64,000 nt of DNA from the NCBI GenBank assembly GCA_013265495.1, contig MU058257.1, positions 186,001-250,000 of the forward strand. The letters are read 5' to 3'. The notes below the pieces were generated by a model, which did no database searches, was not told the origin of the DNA, and saw only the letters and a program-made list of their open reading frames with translations. Numbering within the stretch: position 1 is the first letter of the stretch; the number at the start of each line of letters is the position of its first letter. This stretch comes from Vicugna vicugna (Eukaryota). A program made the translations under genes and the position numbers. Shown piece by piece: positions 1 through 13,502 of the stretch.

Positions 1-1918
1 CCTGCCCCCTCCTTCCGCAAGTAACTGGTGTTTACAGCGGACAAAGCACATTGGTCAAATCCTTGCGATATTGGTGATGTGTTGGCTTCTGAATGAAAGT
101 CACCAGATCCAGGGAGCTGAGTGTAATTTCGCCCCGGGTCCCCTGTCTACCCAGTGCCACTGCAGTCAGAGGGGCCAGGGGACATCGGACGTTTATGAAC
201 ACACAGTACCTCCTGTGAGCCTGGCAAACCCCGTGAGGCAGGCTGGTGGGGGAGTGGGTAGCTCCCTTTTATAAACGTGGAAAGTGAGGCTCTCTTGGAT
301 GCCTGGGCACAGATTGGATGCCCTGGGGTGTCCACTGGTCTTAAAAGAAAAAACAAGCGCAGGCTGGTCACGTGCTGACTCAGGGCCAACGCAGAGCCAC
401 CAAGAAGTGGAGGTGAGGGGGCTCAGCCCTGATCTGTGGGCTGCCAAAGCCCCTCTCCTCCACCAGACCTCCCGCTCTGGCCTCTGCCCTTACCCCTCTG
501 GAGGTGTGGCCCCTGGGATGCCGGAGCAGTTAGGGAAGGTGGGCACCTGGAATCCAGTGAGGACTGTAGCAGACACGAGCCTCCGGGACGCCCATTGGAG
601 GAGTTGGATCCAGACCAGGAGAATCAGCTCCCCACCTGGAAGCCACAGAAGGCTTGCCCCTCTGCCAGACAGCAGATCAGAGGCAGCTGCCCAGTTCCAC
701 CCTGGAAGTGTGTGCGGGAGTCTGGTTGGGTTGGGATGGGTTGGGATGGCCCAGTGATGTGGGTCTGGATACTTAATGGGGTGGAGAACACTGACAGGTC
801 AGTCCTGCCCCAAATGCCAGGAGGGCCCCCTGAAGAGTGGAGAGCCAGCTTCTCCTTTTGCATCTGACCTCTCACTGCTGTCCTGACGCTGGCCCCCAGG
901 ATGCTGTCCAGCGCTCCTGGGGCCCCTGGCCTGCTTTCAGGCTGCTGGAGAAGCAAGGCATTCAGAAACGCGTGACCAGCCGGCTCTGGGCTCCAGGCTT
1001 TTAATCTCCTTAATTGAAATTGATTGGCCTCTTGGGAGGCAGCTCTGCATTGGCCCTGAGCTTCAGCACGTGATCAACTCCTGCTTCGTTCTTTTAAAGA
1101 CCCATCAACACACCAGGGCATCTAATCTCCCTGAATCCCAGGCCCCTTTCCTGACCGGGAGCAAAATCAAAAACAGGCACACTTAACAAAACAACTCAGG
1201 GAATAAAAGCGCCTGATAAAAATAAGGGGGAAGATGCCCGTCCCACTGTGGCTCAGCATCGTGCAAAAGGCCAGCCCAACCCCACGACCGAGAAAAGATG
1301 TAATCACATGGGGGGAGCAGGGGGGCGGGGGGGGGCTTGTGCCTGCTGTGGCTCCCAAGATAAACAGGCTGGACTGGAGCATCTCGAAGAACTGGCTGCA
1401 GAAAAGATAAAAAGGGAAGAAAAGTGAAAGCCTGTCTTAAGTTAAAGAAAATCAAACATCGAGAGAACAGTTTGAGCGTCCAGATTTGTGTTCCTCCAGA
1501 CACACAACAGCACCCCTCCCCGCCCCGCCCAAGTGGCTGGAGCTGGTTTACAAACCGGTTTGGCAGGTCATACCTCGGAGAAACTCCTGATAGGGCCCCT
1601 TCCTTACCAGGCTGATCACATAGCCAGGAAATAGTCCTCTGGGGGCTCTCCTGTGGAGCCGGTGGTCATGCCAACAACTGGCCGCTGGGCTTGAAAGGCG
1701 CTGTGCTGGTGGACTCAGGCCACCTAATGGCTGCCAAGCCCCGGGCTCTGTCCCTGCATTGGCCACCTGGGGGGGCACCAGGACACAAGACACATCTTAG
1801 AGGTAAGGAAACACAGCACTGATAAGTCAGGTAGTCATTAAGAGGGACAAAGTCATCGTAAGAACGTCTTTCCAAAAAAAAAAGAACGTCTTTCTCCCTG
1901 ATGTTCTAAAGATTAAGT

Positions 1919-2616
1919 TGAAGGGACCAGGAGATGCCATCCCCAAATATGTCACTTTGGCATAAGGATTACTTTCAACTGGTAGGAAGTGAGAATCAAC
2001 AAGATATAGGAAGAATCCTCTTCTCTCCCTTTTTCTTTTTCTGCCTAAAAGCAAGGCATAAAATTCCCTTTGCGAAGATGTCCCCCTGTCCTATACTAGA
2101 AAGGGAAGAGTGACTCTTATCACCAGGACAGAGTCAAATCTCCATAAACAGATCTTATTAAAATATCCTTATGGGGCAGAGGGCATAGCTCAGTGGTAGA
2201 GCGCATGCTTAGCATGCACAAAGTCCTGGGTTCAATGCCCAGTACTTCCATGAAGTAAATAAACCTAATTACCTCCCTCACCTTGCAAAAAAAAAGAAAT
2301 GATTTTTTTAATTTAAAAGAAAAACAAAAACCCTTATCTTCCATCAGTTTCCCCCTTATATATCCTAGTCACTTCTCCACAATGTGTTGTCCCTTGAAGC
2401 TCAAGCCTCCTTTCCTTTGTTGAAGATGGTCTATAAATCCCCAAATTGAGTCTAACAGCCTGTTTGAGTTTCACTCTCTTCTGTGAACTCCGTGCATGTA
2501 AAGCATTAATAAAATATATCTTCCTCTTCTCCTGTTAATCTTACTTCTGTTGGTTAAATTTGCAGGCCCTCAGGTACTGGACCTAAGAGGGTAGATGAAA
2601 AGATTTTCCTCCCCAA
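1919..2616 (+). mobile_element. ERV1 solo LTR, MER34-like, interrupted by a SINE
   Basis: Begins TGAAGGGACCAGGAGATGCCATCCCCAAATATGTCACTTTGGCATAAGGATTA; homologous to the inverted copy at 34630-35127. Confidence 0.75.
2173..2330 (+). mobile_element. Camelid tRNA-derived SINE (Vic-1 type)
   Basis: A box TAGCTCAGTGGTAGAG, B box GGTTCAATGCC, AAATAAACCTAATTACCTCCC tail, approximate TSD (a)CCTTAT. Confidence 0.9.
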
Positions 2617-2869
2617 GTCCACAGAATCAGATTTTAAAAGCAGAGATCCAGCTTATTTGCTGTAGAAAGCTCCATTTTCAAATAAATTCAAGTTGAAAGT
2701 GGCTCTTAATCTCCACTTTGTCCAGCAGCAGGAACACGACCCAAGGATGCATCAGAGGGTGAGCACTGTAAAAACAAGGGCTGTGCGTGTCTCAGCCATG
2801 GAGCTAGTGTCTAAGGGTGCCCAACACGTAGTAAGCACTCAATAAATATGTTGAATAAGTGAATAAATC

Positions 2870-2905
2870 CATGGTTGGATGGATGGATAGATGGATGGAT
2901 GGATA
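2870..2905. repeat. (GGAT)n tetranucleotide repeat
   Basis: Direct reading. Confidence 0.85.
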
Positions 2906-2921
2906 CTGGATCAAACAGGGC

Positions 2922-3020
2922 TGAGGAAGGGTAATAGCTCAGTGATAGAGCACATGGTTAGCATGCATGATGTGCTAGGTTCAATTCCCAGTACTTATAT
3001 TAAAAAAGAAAGAAAAAAAA
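2922..3020 (+). mobile_element. Camelid tRNA-derived SINE (short)
   Basis: TAGCTCAGTGATAGAG...GGTTCAATTCCCAGTAC followed by an A tail. Confidence 0.88.
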
Positions 3021-3815
3021 GGAGAGACACAAATAGGGTTGAGCAGCTGCACCATGCAGAAGGTAAAATGGTAGCTTACTGAACACAGGCTCCCATAGAA
3101 TACTACCAAGACAACCTGTGGATAAAGCAAAGCTCACAGCGGAAGAGAGGTCACTACTTAGTCTTGACAGCGTCTCTAAACAGGGCAGGGGAAGTCAGCA
3201 TATTCACCTGGTTTAAGGTGCGTGGTTCAGTGTGGGGCTGGTTAGGACTGGCTAAGGCTCATGGGCACAGCAATGTGAGTTCACAGTCATTTGACGCTCT
3301 CTGTTGAAAAGCTAAGCAGTTTTAAGCGGGTTTGGGGGAAGTTCCCAAGGCAATAAAGTTATTTGCAATGCTTATCTTCCTGAGCAAATGATTCTGCACT
3401 AGTGAAATCACACAGGTAAAAACAGTCGACACGTTAGTGAAGACTGCGTGGTACTAGTCACATTAATGCAGATGGACGGAAGCTCTATGCGTATGGATGG
3501 CTTCAGTCCTCAAGCTAATGACCTTTAGTAAACCATTCTCCTTCCACACAATGACAGACACAGAGAAACAGAAACCACGTTTGCTCACAGGAGTACAGCA
3601 AACCTACGTGGCTCTAGGGCAGGCAAGGCGGCTAATTTCTGGGTAAGTAGTGCTGACATTTGCTAAACCGACGAGAGACAGGTGACTTGACTATGCCTTT
3701 GACTTTGCTATCTGACAATAGCCCCGGGAGGCAGGACCACGAACATAACTTGCAGAGCCCCGTGCAAAATGAAAATGCAGGGTCTCTTGTTCAAACACTA
3801 AGAATATCAAATAGT

Positions 3816-3913
3816 GGGGTGAGCATAGTTTGGTGGTAGAGCGCATGCTTAGCATGCTGGAGGTCCTGGGTTCAATCCCCAGCACTGCCATTTTGAAAAA
3901 AAGAAAAAAAAAA
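3816..3913 (+). mobile_element. Camelid tRNA-derived SINE (short)
   Basis: A/B boxes, A tail, TSD TCAAATAGT. Confidence 0.88.
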
Positions 3914-4094
3914 TCTCAAATAGTCTGGCAGTTCTTCAAAAAGCTAAGCATTGAATTGCAACATGACTCACTCCTAGGAATATACCAAAAAAAAAACCCT
4001 AAAAACAGGGACTCAAATGCACAACTGTATACCAATGTTCATTGCAGCTGATTCACAATTGCCAAAAAGGGGAAACAACCTAAGTGGCAGATCC

Positions 4095-4225
4095 TGCTGC
4101 TCTAAGTGTGGTCCCTTTGCCAGCAGCGTCAGCATCACCTCAGGGCTTGTTAGGAATGCAGAATTTCAGAACCCACTCCGGACCTCCTGAATCAGAATCT
4201 GCATTTTAACAAGAATCCCAGGTAT
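4095..4225. mobile_element. MER5A (hAT-Charlie) fragment
   Basis: AGCAGCGTCAGCATCACCT...GAATCAGAATCTGCATTTTAACAAG signature. Confidence 0.8.
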
Positions 4226-4242
4226 GCCCTTGGCTTGTCTCT

Positions 4243-4438
4243 CTTTCTTTTTTTTACTGAACTATAGTCAGTTTACAATGTCACAACAATCTGTGGTGTA
4301 CAGCATAGTGGTTCAGCCATCCATATACGTACATATGCCCCTTTTCATATTTTTTTCACTATAGGTTACTGCAAGATATTGAGCATTGTTCCTGCAACGT
4401 GGACGGACCTGGAGGTCGTCATGCTAACTGAAACAAGT
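4243..4438 (-). mobile_element. Short L1 3' end with 5' inversion (twin priming)
   Basis: Poly-T plus antisense L1 3'UTR (4243-~4390), then sense-oriented GCAACGTGGACGGACCTGGAG...; TSD CCTTGGCTT at 4228 and 4439. Confidence 0.8.
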
Positions 4439-5049
4439 CCTTGGCTTCTCTTGGTGATACTCCTGACTCGTGGCCCAGGCAATCTTGGGAAAACATCATC
4501 TAATTTCTTCAATCCAGATCCCGGAGCATCTTTCCCCAGCGTCACCCCTATCCATCATGGATATATTGACCAAGCCATTTTCTAGGACACGCCATTCAGC
4601 AAGACATGGTGGTGAGCCCTAACTCTACGTCTTCATAATTGAGGGAAACTTTTGCAAAGCACAAAGGGATAATGCTGAATGAATCGCAGACTGGTGGATG
4701 GATGTCCCTTCCTCACACTTTTAATTCGTAGCACTGCCCGTTAGGATGAACAGAAGGCTGCGTTCCTGCCATAGGTACCTCCAACACACCCTTAAATGGA
4801 ATAGAAATCTTATTCTCCACAATTCATCTCTTCCGCAGCCAGACAAGCACAGAAAATTAAACAGTGGTCTGTTAAAATAAAAAATACAAAGAAAACTCTT
4901 ATAGCAGCCAAAAAGCAGAATAAAGACAAACTTAAAAACACAGACACAAACTTTTCCTATTACTGTGCTATAATTAACATCAAGTAGCCAACCAATTTTC
5001 CCCCCAAGAAAACAGTATTTCACTCATTGCCTCTCGAGTCACAGATTTT

Positions 5050-5430
5050 CATGGGAATGGATAAACAAAATGGTGGTACAGACGTCTAATGGCATATTAT
5101 TCATCCAGAAAAAGAAATGAAGTCCCAATATATGCTACAATGTGGATGAACCTTGAAAACATTATACTAAGCGAAATAATCTTCACATAAAATGATAAAT
5201 ATTGTCTGATTCCACTTACATGAAATACCCAGAATGGGCAAATTCACAGAGACAGAAAGTGCACCCGGGTTGTCGGGGACGGAGGGGACAGGGAGGTGGA
5301 GGGTTACTGTGTAAAGGGTTTAGACTTTCTATTTGAGGTGAGGAGAAAGTTTTGTAAATAGTGGTGATGGTTGTGCTCAATCGTATGTTTAAAACGACAA
5401 ATTTCACGATGGGTGTGAGTTTAATCTTTA
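5050..5430 (+). mobile_element. Old L1M 3' end fragment
   Basis: ATGGATAAACAAAATG...TGGATGAACCTTGAAAACATTAT...GGTGATGGTTG pattern. Confidence 0.8.
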
Positions 5431-7439
5431 ATGATGGCCAAACACTGTTACATGTATTTGACCACAATAGGAAAGTTACTAAACAAGAAAAATGAAGGAT
5501 TTCAAGATGGCAGTGGCTAAGCACATGCCAGGCTCTGCTGAGCAGGGGGTCTGTGTGAAGCCAGCTCTGCCAAGAAGATGGGGACCCTCAAATTTACGGC
5601 ATGCCACATTCTGGAGACAGAGCGCTACATCTGGGTCACTGAAGATTTCCTGAAATCCCCCAGGCTCCAGAGTCCACTGGTGCTCAAACAGGGATGGCAA
5701 AAATCACAAGCCCTCACCCTCCCACTGCCACTGGAGCCCCCCCCCCACCTCCCAAAGGTGACATCCAGGATCCAGACCCCAAGCTCAGGAGGCTTCCCAG
5801 TGCCAGCCCCGGAGGCGACAATGTTTGCGGGATGTTCCTTCCCTACTACTTGTCAGTCCTGCTACTTTAAGCCCGTGGTACTGTTCACAGGGTGGACGTG
5901 CATAGCCAGGGCGCGGAGGGAGCAGAAGTCCGCCTTGAGTCCCTTGATGGATAATGAGGTGACCAGCCACTGCCCCTACGTCCTCACCTGGCGTTCACGG
6001 AGCGCGCTCCCCCAGCTCGTGCTTCCCCCTCCGTGCAGGCTGTCTCCCGCACTTCTCAGGGCTTCCTGTCACCCCGGGTCCATTAGGCAGGACTGAATGG
6101 GGCCCCCTTGCAGTGGGGAAGTAGGGGCGGGCTCTAGGGAGATAAAGGTGGATGGGGTTGAGAGGATGGCAGAGAGCAACCAGTGTGGCCAAGAAGGGGC
6201 TCTGGCCATGTCGTCCAATTCAATCAGAGTCTACATAGCACACATATTAGGTGCCAACGAGGGGTGGGAGGGGGTTAGAAAGGTGAGCCGGGCATGGCCC
6301 GCCCCAGGGAGACTCAGGGAAGATCGCTGGCCACCTTTGCCTCGCATATCTCACGTGATCAGCCCTTGATCTGGGGTTGGCTGAGCAGTGAGAATGCCCT
6401 TCTTGAGAGCCCAACCAAACATGGATGCCCATTTGGTGAGCTTCCTCAGTCCTGAGACCACCCCTGATTCCTCCTGCTTACTGGTGGCCCTAAGCTGTTT
6501 CACCTCTGGGTGACCACTCCGGAGGAGGGTGAGGGCTCTGCTGGCTGGCCAAGGGCAGAACCCAAATAGGACGTTGCATGGTAAAATGATAGCAAGGAAG
6601 TCTCTGGCTTTGACCCTGCCAACCATTTAAGGATTCTGCAGCCACCCCAGAAGCCTCTGCCATCATTTCTGGGACATCTCCCGGGGGCGTCTCATGGGTA
6701 CGTGTGTCCTTTCACAACAACCGAGCGCACACCATTTTTTCCAGCTGTAACAATGGTTCCTTACCAGGGGATGCACTGCCCCAGCTTCTGAAGGCCTGAA
6801 GGCCCCCAGGAAGGGGCCTGCCCCTGGTCCTGTCCCCTGCTGCTCAGGGGTCTGCAGTCAGGAGAGGTGCTCTGCCATGTCCCAGAAACCGATCCTACCC
6901 ACCTGCGGATGCATGTTCTTCCTAAAGGACAGAGAAGCCCGAATCACAGGCCTCACCCCCTCCCCAAAGCTGGGCCATGGTATAGGTTCCTGATGCCTAC
7001 ACGCTTTGAGGAATGTTCTGGAGGATGTTGGATGGCTTTGCTGTGCTCAAAACTGCCCTTAAGGATGGGCTCCAGGCCTGGGACTCGCCTTGCCCACCCT
7101 CCAGGCAAACCCAGATGAGTCCTGAATCCTGGAGATTTAATTTTGGTCGGCAACTCCCAATATAGTGGAAGTGTGGGGTCTGGGTGTGTCACAGCCAAGA
7201 AATATCACTGTATTTTAAGTCCTCCTCTCCTTCCTCTCTTAGGGCAGAAGTTTTAGCATCCGAGGGATCGGCTTGTAGCAGGCTCCCACTACCTCTGTCA
7301 GGGGTTTTAGAGTCAAACCCCTCCTCTTTCAATCATATACTGAACAGATCTGCTTTTTCTAATTTTTCTAATTTTCTAAAATTTTCTAATTTTTTAATAA
7401 CACTTGTTTTGTTTTAAAAATAATTTTTTTAACTAAAAA

Positions 7440-7533
7440 AAAATTTTTTTTCCCCAAAATGGAGATACTGGGGAATTGAACTCAGGACCTCGTGCATGCC
7501 AAGCTTGTGCTCTATCACCGAGCTATACACCCC
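7440..7533 (-). mobile_element. Camelid tRNA-derived SINE
   Basis: Reverse-complement A/B boxes (GAATTGAACTCAGGACCT...GAGCTATAC). Confidence 0.88.
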
Positions 7534-8639
7534 ATTTTGATTTGTCTTTAATCAAAAGACATTACCTTTGAAAAATGTACTGGAATATCTCCCCATTTGG
7601 GAGTCCTCTACCATCAAGCTCTGCTTTCAAGACCCCATCCCTCCAACCTTTACAGAAGAGTTCCTTTGCAAAAATGGACCCTTGACAAGTCCTGAAAGAT
7701 AAATTCATCCTTTTGAGCTTGCAAGAACAAATCTGCTGCAAACGCCCACACGATGTATATTTTCCTAGGCTACTTCTTTGTCTGGTTCAGAAAGAAGGTC
7801 TAGAAGTCAGAGTATGAAGATCTGGAGGGGATTCCTGGCCCAGGCAATCAGCCTGCTCCAGAGTAACAAGCAGGGGCCTAAGAGCAGAAAGACTTGTCCC
7901 TTAGTCCCCCATCACAGGAACCACAGACTCTACCGAAAGCCATTATCCATGGCAGGATCACCTGGGGGTCGTCTGGGTTTCCTGTTCCCACCGCATGCTG
8001 AGAGGGCTGACTCAGGGCACCGAGGAGGAGGGGACAGCTCAGAGGTGTGGGAAGATGATGGAGGAGGTGAGGAATGAGCTACAGCAGGCTGGCCCCTGAC
8101 AGAAAACACCAAATGCCCCCTCTCTACACCTTTCTGCAAAGTCACCATTGAGCTCCTCCCAAATTGCTTCCCTCAAAAACTCATGGAACTCTGACCGTCC
8201 ATGAAAATGTTCACCAGCCCTGCCATCAGGTCATGCTCTTAGGTACATCAGACTCGCACCTAGAGCGCAGGCCCCCCCACTCCAAGGAGAAAGGACAGCG
8301 AGCAGCATCCTTTGGTTCAAGTGTCAGCCCACCGTGCAGAGCAAACACAACCCTGGGCTGAATCAAGAGGAAGGTAAAACCAAGGGAGTGACTTACCAGC
8401 ATGGCTGTGTGAATGGCCCTCTCGCCAAAGTTTAAGACACCATGGACCGGCTCTCACAGCCTGTCTGTCACCACAACACCATTGTCCTGGCCATACAGGG
8501 CACTGCACGTGGTACAGGCCATAAAACTGAGCCTTGGGATTATAATCTAACCCATACATGTGGGCAGCACAAAGAACAGAAACACTACAGAGCTGTTCTT
8601 AGAACATCAGGTCATGAACAGCTTTCAACATCCAGAATT

Positions 8640-8803
8640 ACACTGCACGGAATGTGCTCCCATCTCCCTGCATTTCCCATCTCAACGTTTTTGCTCTCCC
8701 AGCGCTTCCACCAGTTTTATGACTCAATTCCCTGTATTAAATCCCTCTCTGTTTGAAATACCTTTGGTGATTTCTGGTTTTTCTGACTAAACACTTACTG
8801 ATG
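8640..8803 (+). mobile_element. ERVL LTR fragment (LTR33-like)
   Basis: CCCTGTATTAAATCCCTCTCTGTTTGAAATACC...TTTCTGACT 3' end pattern. Confidence 0.5.
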
Positions 8804-8840
8804 AATGCTTCTTTTTTTTGTTTGTTTTGACATTTGTGAA

Positions 8841-9326
8841 CAGGCAGACCTTGTTTTATTGCATTTTGCTTTATTGAACTTCACAGCCATATCATTTTTT
8901 TTTTCCTACAAATTGAAGGTTTGTGGCAACCCTGTGTCAAGCAAGTCTATGGGTGCCATTTTCCCAACAGCATTTGCTCACTTGTGTGTCTGTGTCACAT
9001 TTTGGTAATTCTCACAATATTTCAAACTTTTTCATTATGATTATATTTGTTATGGTGATCAGTGATCTCTGACCTGACTAATACTACTCGCTGAAAGGCT
9101 TGGATGATGGTTGGTGTTTAATAGCAAAAAGTATTTTTTAATTAAGTTATTTACATTGTTTCTTTAGACATTAAGGTGTTAGGTGCTTAACAGACTATGG
9201 TATAGTGTAAACATAACTTTTAAATGCACTGGGAAACCAAAAAAATTGTGCAACTGGCTTTATTGTAATATTCGCTTTATGGCGGTGGCCTGGAACCAAA
9301 CCCACAATTTCTCCAAAGTATGTTTG
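8841..9326 (+). mobile_element. Internally deleted Tigger1 derivative
   Basis: Tigger1 5' end (CAGGCAGACCTTGTTTTATTGC...AAATTGAAGGTTTGTGGCAACCCTG) joined to the 3' end (TGCACTGGGAAACCAAAAAA...GGAACCAAACCCACAAT). Confidence 0.85.
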
Positions 9327-10609
9327 TAAATACCCAAGTTTTCATGTTTCCGTCCTCTTCCTTGTCCTCATTTTGCTGAGTTCATGACAGGATCTTTCTG
9401 TTTTTAATTTTTAGGTTGTCAACGTTTCTTTCCACCACCCTCTCAACTTTGGCCAAATTTGCCACTTGCCCCTTCATTGGGCTCTGCTTTTAGACCACTG
9501 TTACATTAAATTGGAAAACAAACTTAAAGCTCTGGGCAGATCCAATCTCTTCCTCTGGGGGCACCTCCAGGCTCCAATGAATCTTTTGTTCCACTGGGTC
9601 ATTAACAAAGAAGGTCTGTCACAGCGGGACCCTGCCCCTATTGATGGGAGCTATGCATAACTAATGAAGAGGAAAATTGGTAGCCAAATGACCTTATCGG
9701 TCTCCACATGTTTCTAATAACTTCTGCATCTCCCAATCTTCATTTACCTACACGTCTTCCTTCCTTCCAAAATGAATACTCCAGATTCAGCCCACTAACA
9801 TTGGTAAGTCTGTATTTTCTCTTCCTTTCCTCCCCATCTATGGCACTTGGTTTTTTATAGAGATCACCCCAGCTGCTCGGTCACACTGTGTGTATTTTAA
9901 ATACCAGTTGCCTTGGTCTCTAGTTGTGGCTACTAAGATGTCACAGATACCCCAGCACCCGGGAGACTTATGAGTAGGAGCTGAGCATACCACAGGGGTA
10001 GGTAACGGTCTTTGTTTCAAGTAAGAGGTCATCATGCTTCCATGATGCTCGGAAGAGTTTATTACTTGTCCAGTCACAGAGACTGCAGGAGGCAAAGCCA
10101 GGATCTGAACCCAGATCTTTCCGATGCCACAGCTCCAGCTGGGTCCACCATTCAGAAGCAGAGCCTCTAACAGTGACGGGGGCCCAGGATGCCTTCCCAG
10201 AGGCAGAGGTGAATGCCAAAAGCCAGCAGTGAGCCAAGAAAAAGTCAACAAAGCACTGGGTTTTAAATTCCAGCAAAAATTCTAGCCCTACTAGAATGTC
10301 AACATGAGGCACCTCTTGGTTGAACATTCCGTTCCCGTGTTCCTTAGCAATTCCAGAAGCTTTATCATAAAAACCCCCAGTTCAGAAGTGCCTTCCAGAG
10401 TTCATTTCTCCTGAGTCACACACATACACGGAAGACAGTTCCGTGAACAAGCACAGAGGTGTGGCGGGACTGGCAAGGAAGGGAATGTGTGGAGAGACTG
10501 GAGGTCGGAGGATGACTGGTCTCGCCTTATACACTGTTTCACTTGTTACAATGAGCATGTATTTATAATTTGAAAAGCATCAAATAAGAAAAGTCAAGAG
10601 CTTATGGCA

Positions 10610-10900
10610 AAGGCAATACTATACATTCACCTAATCCCCTTTTATCTTCTTCCTGCAAACACAAGAAGGCTTCATTCCCCAGCCTCCCTTGCACTCAGGC
10701 TGCGCCTATGTAACTGGGTTCTGACCAAAGGGATGTGGGCAGAAGCGATGCATACCAGCTCCAGGCTTAGTCATAAAACCCTGTCATCATCCACATGCTT
10801 CCTCTTCTGCAGCAAACTTCTGAGCTGCGTGAGACACCACGGGAAGAGCGGTGGAGCCTAGTATTGGAGGAAAGCCACCAAGGAGAGCCCCCGGCTTACA
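10610..10900 (+). mobile_element. MaLR LTR (MLT1J/I-like)
   Basis: CATTCCCCAGCCTCCCTTGCA...TTCTGACCAAAGGGATGTGGGCAGAAG. Confidence 0.6.
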
Positions 10901-11789
10901 TCCGTGACCTATGGCACTAAGCCAAGGAGAATATGCGGTTCCTTGCGACACCCTACCTATCCTGACCAACGAGGCGCTTACACGTGCCAGGGATTTTCAG
11001 CGTCCCCCAGGAGCCCTGACAGAGCCTCTCGGATACTTCCCACGTGAAAATAGCCCTTTAGTGCTTTTGCTCCCTGGAGTTTTTCAGGTTCTAAGTTTGT
11101 CTGAGGACATGTTTTGGAATATAGCTCCTTCCCCTTCTTCTACCCCTGAAGGGAAAGGAACTACATCAGGGTCACCTTCTCATTCTCACTTTGATACAGT
11201 GGGTTTGTTCCAAAGGGAAACAAATCAGGGACTTACCGGAGAGGAATTAGTACACAGACTTTCCATTCTCACTTAGACAAGACCTGAGAAAGGGAAGAAA
11301 TTTTATTAACAATTTTATTCCCCCCTCAGGGACCATTGTACTAACCTAATATTTACTTCTTGTTACAGCGAAACCTTGGATAAACCAACAGGGATTGGAT
11401 TGTTCTAGACAGACACGTGTTTCACAGAACTGGAATTTATTCATTTAGGCAATAAAATGCTGTTGACTTTTAAATGTTCTGAGGAAGGTATTTATGAAGG
11501 AGGGTGACACAGTCTACCTTTTCTAGGTGATTCAGGACTCACCCAAGCTCCACGCTCCCGAGAGGCTGATGCACGCTGTTACCTCTGCCTACGACAGTCC
11601 TTCCCCACCTTTGCCTATTTAAATCCTCCTCATTCTTTGGCTGTCAGCTCGAAGACCATTTCCCTCAGGCACAATTATCTACATTTGCTAAAACTCATTG
11701 AACGGTTCGCTTAAAATGGGTGAATTTGGTAGTATGTAAATTGTACCTCAATAAAGCTAATAAAAACAAAACCCACTGCCAAGGAGGTG

Positions 11790-12370
11790 AAGCATCCCCA
11801 CCCTCCCCCCAAACGTGGCTGCACTGCCGTGTGGGATGGGGGAGGGGAAGCCCATCGCAGCAGAGAAACCTGACGAACACTCTGTCAGCCAGGCGGTCGC
11901 GGTCGCCGTGAGCAGTGACAGGTCACGTGCTAGGACGTACCCTTGACAGGATGGGATGAAGATGGCACTTCACCTCTGTGATCTCCCTCCCAGAAACCAT
12001 AACCCCCGTCTAACCACAAGGAAAATTCCACCAGAGGGGTGGATCCTACTAAATACCTAACTAGCTGTCTTCCAAGCTGTCAAGGGCATCAAAACCAGCA
12101 AAAATTCAAGAGACTGCCACAGCCAAGAGGAGTCCAGAGAGACATGTGGGATCCCGGATGGGATCCTGGAACAGAAAAAGGACATTAGGTACCAGCTGAG
12201 GAAATCTGAAAAGCAGAGGGACTTTCGTTAGTAACGATGCACCCACATTGGCTCATCCCTTGTGACAAATGGGCCATCGTCATGGAAGATGCTAAGATGC
12301 AGGAGAAACCAGGTTTGGGATATATGAGAACCTCTATACTACCTTCACAACCTCTCTGTTGGAAAAAACG
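11790..12370 (+). mobile_element. Old L1MC 3' region
   Basis: GGCACTTCACCTCTGTGATCTCCCTCCC...GGATCCTGGAACAGAAAAAGGACATTAG...GAACCTCTATACTA. Confidence 0.7.
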
Positions 12371-13502
12371 ATTTTTAATTCATATTAAAAAAATGTTTTT
12401 CCTGAGTTTTTCAAACCAAGTCCCCCCTGTTCTATGTCACCCTAGACTACTGATTAAATGAGGTGTTTAACGTACCACCATGTGCAGTTATGTCTGTGTG
12501 CTCTGCTCACTGTATCCTTGGGTACAAGGGTCGGGCCTGGTTCTTGACTGGCGCTTAGCAACAAACTGAGTGCAGGTCAGAGAACACAAATCCCAGGACA
12601 AGAGAATTCTTCTGGGGCGTCCTCTACTGCATCCTCATCCCCTGGAGGTGCCTGGACACGGGGACACTCAACAAAGTCTTCTCCCCAAGGTGAGCCAAGG
12701 GATCCTTGCCCTGGTGGTTGGTTTGAGTCTGGGATAAAGACACGTTAGCTCAATCTGCCTGGTTTCTTTGGTAAAGCCTTGGGAGAATTGATGGCTGCCA
12801 CGTGTCCCTTGATGAGCTGAGCGCACCGGGGACTGGTCCATAAGAGAGAAGTGAGGCCAACACTCAGAGCGAAGGACAAGGGACCGAGCGAGAGGCCCCT
12901 GGGGTCCCCACCTGGGCCGCCCTGTCTGGCTCCTAGAACGCCTGGGATCCTCTGTGTCCTGGGAGGCCTCCTGCTGTGTGAAGTCCAGTGACCTTGGCCA
13001 TGAGGTCCTGCTGCTAGTTCGACTTCACCGAGACTTTATCTGGGTCGTGTTTGTCTAGCCGGTGCTTCTGTCATGAAAGATGCTGAGGCAAGTTCATGTG
13101 GGAAACATCACCGGGGCTGGAGAGAAGGAAAAAGGACAACAGAGCAGAAGTGGGGACCAGAAGAGGAAAGCGGGTGCTGGAAAAGGGAGGAAGAGAAAGA
13201 ACTGGAAAGAAATGAACATGGCCTGAAACACACACAGAAACAACGAAGGTACGGGTTTCAGAGGGTTGTGAATTCATCCGTTCAGCAGTTATGTCCTAAG
13301 CACCTACTCTGAGCCCGGACCCACGCCAGGCGTCAGGAACACAGGACTCCACGAGACCGAGCAATTGAGCAGCCTCAAGGAACCTGTCTCCTGGCGGGGG
13401 CTGCGGGAGGGGGGCGGGAAGTAAACCAACAAAGAATTAAACAAAGGAGATACGGGAGCCTGGTGAGTGTTCACACAGCAAGTGAAAATTGTGTGGCTGG
13501 CA

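Noticed and set aside
1..1900. Possible terminal exons of the neighbouring gene (BEND7 by human synteny)
   Set aside because: No BEN-domain-like translation or convincing exon was recognised.
2173..2250. tRNA-Ala-like sequences here and at the other SINE heads
   Set aside because: Degenerate stems, A-rich tails and TSDs show they are SINEs, not tRNA genes.
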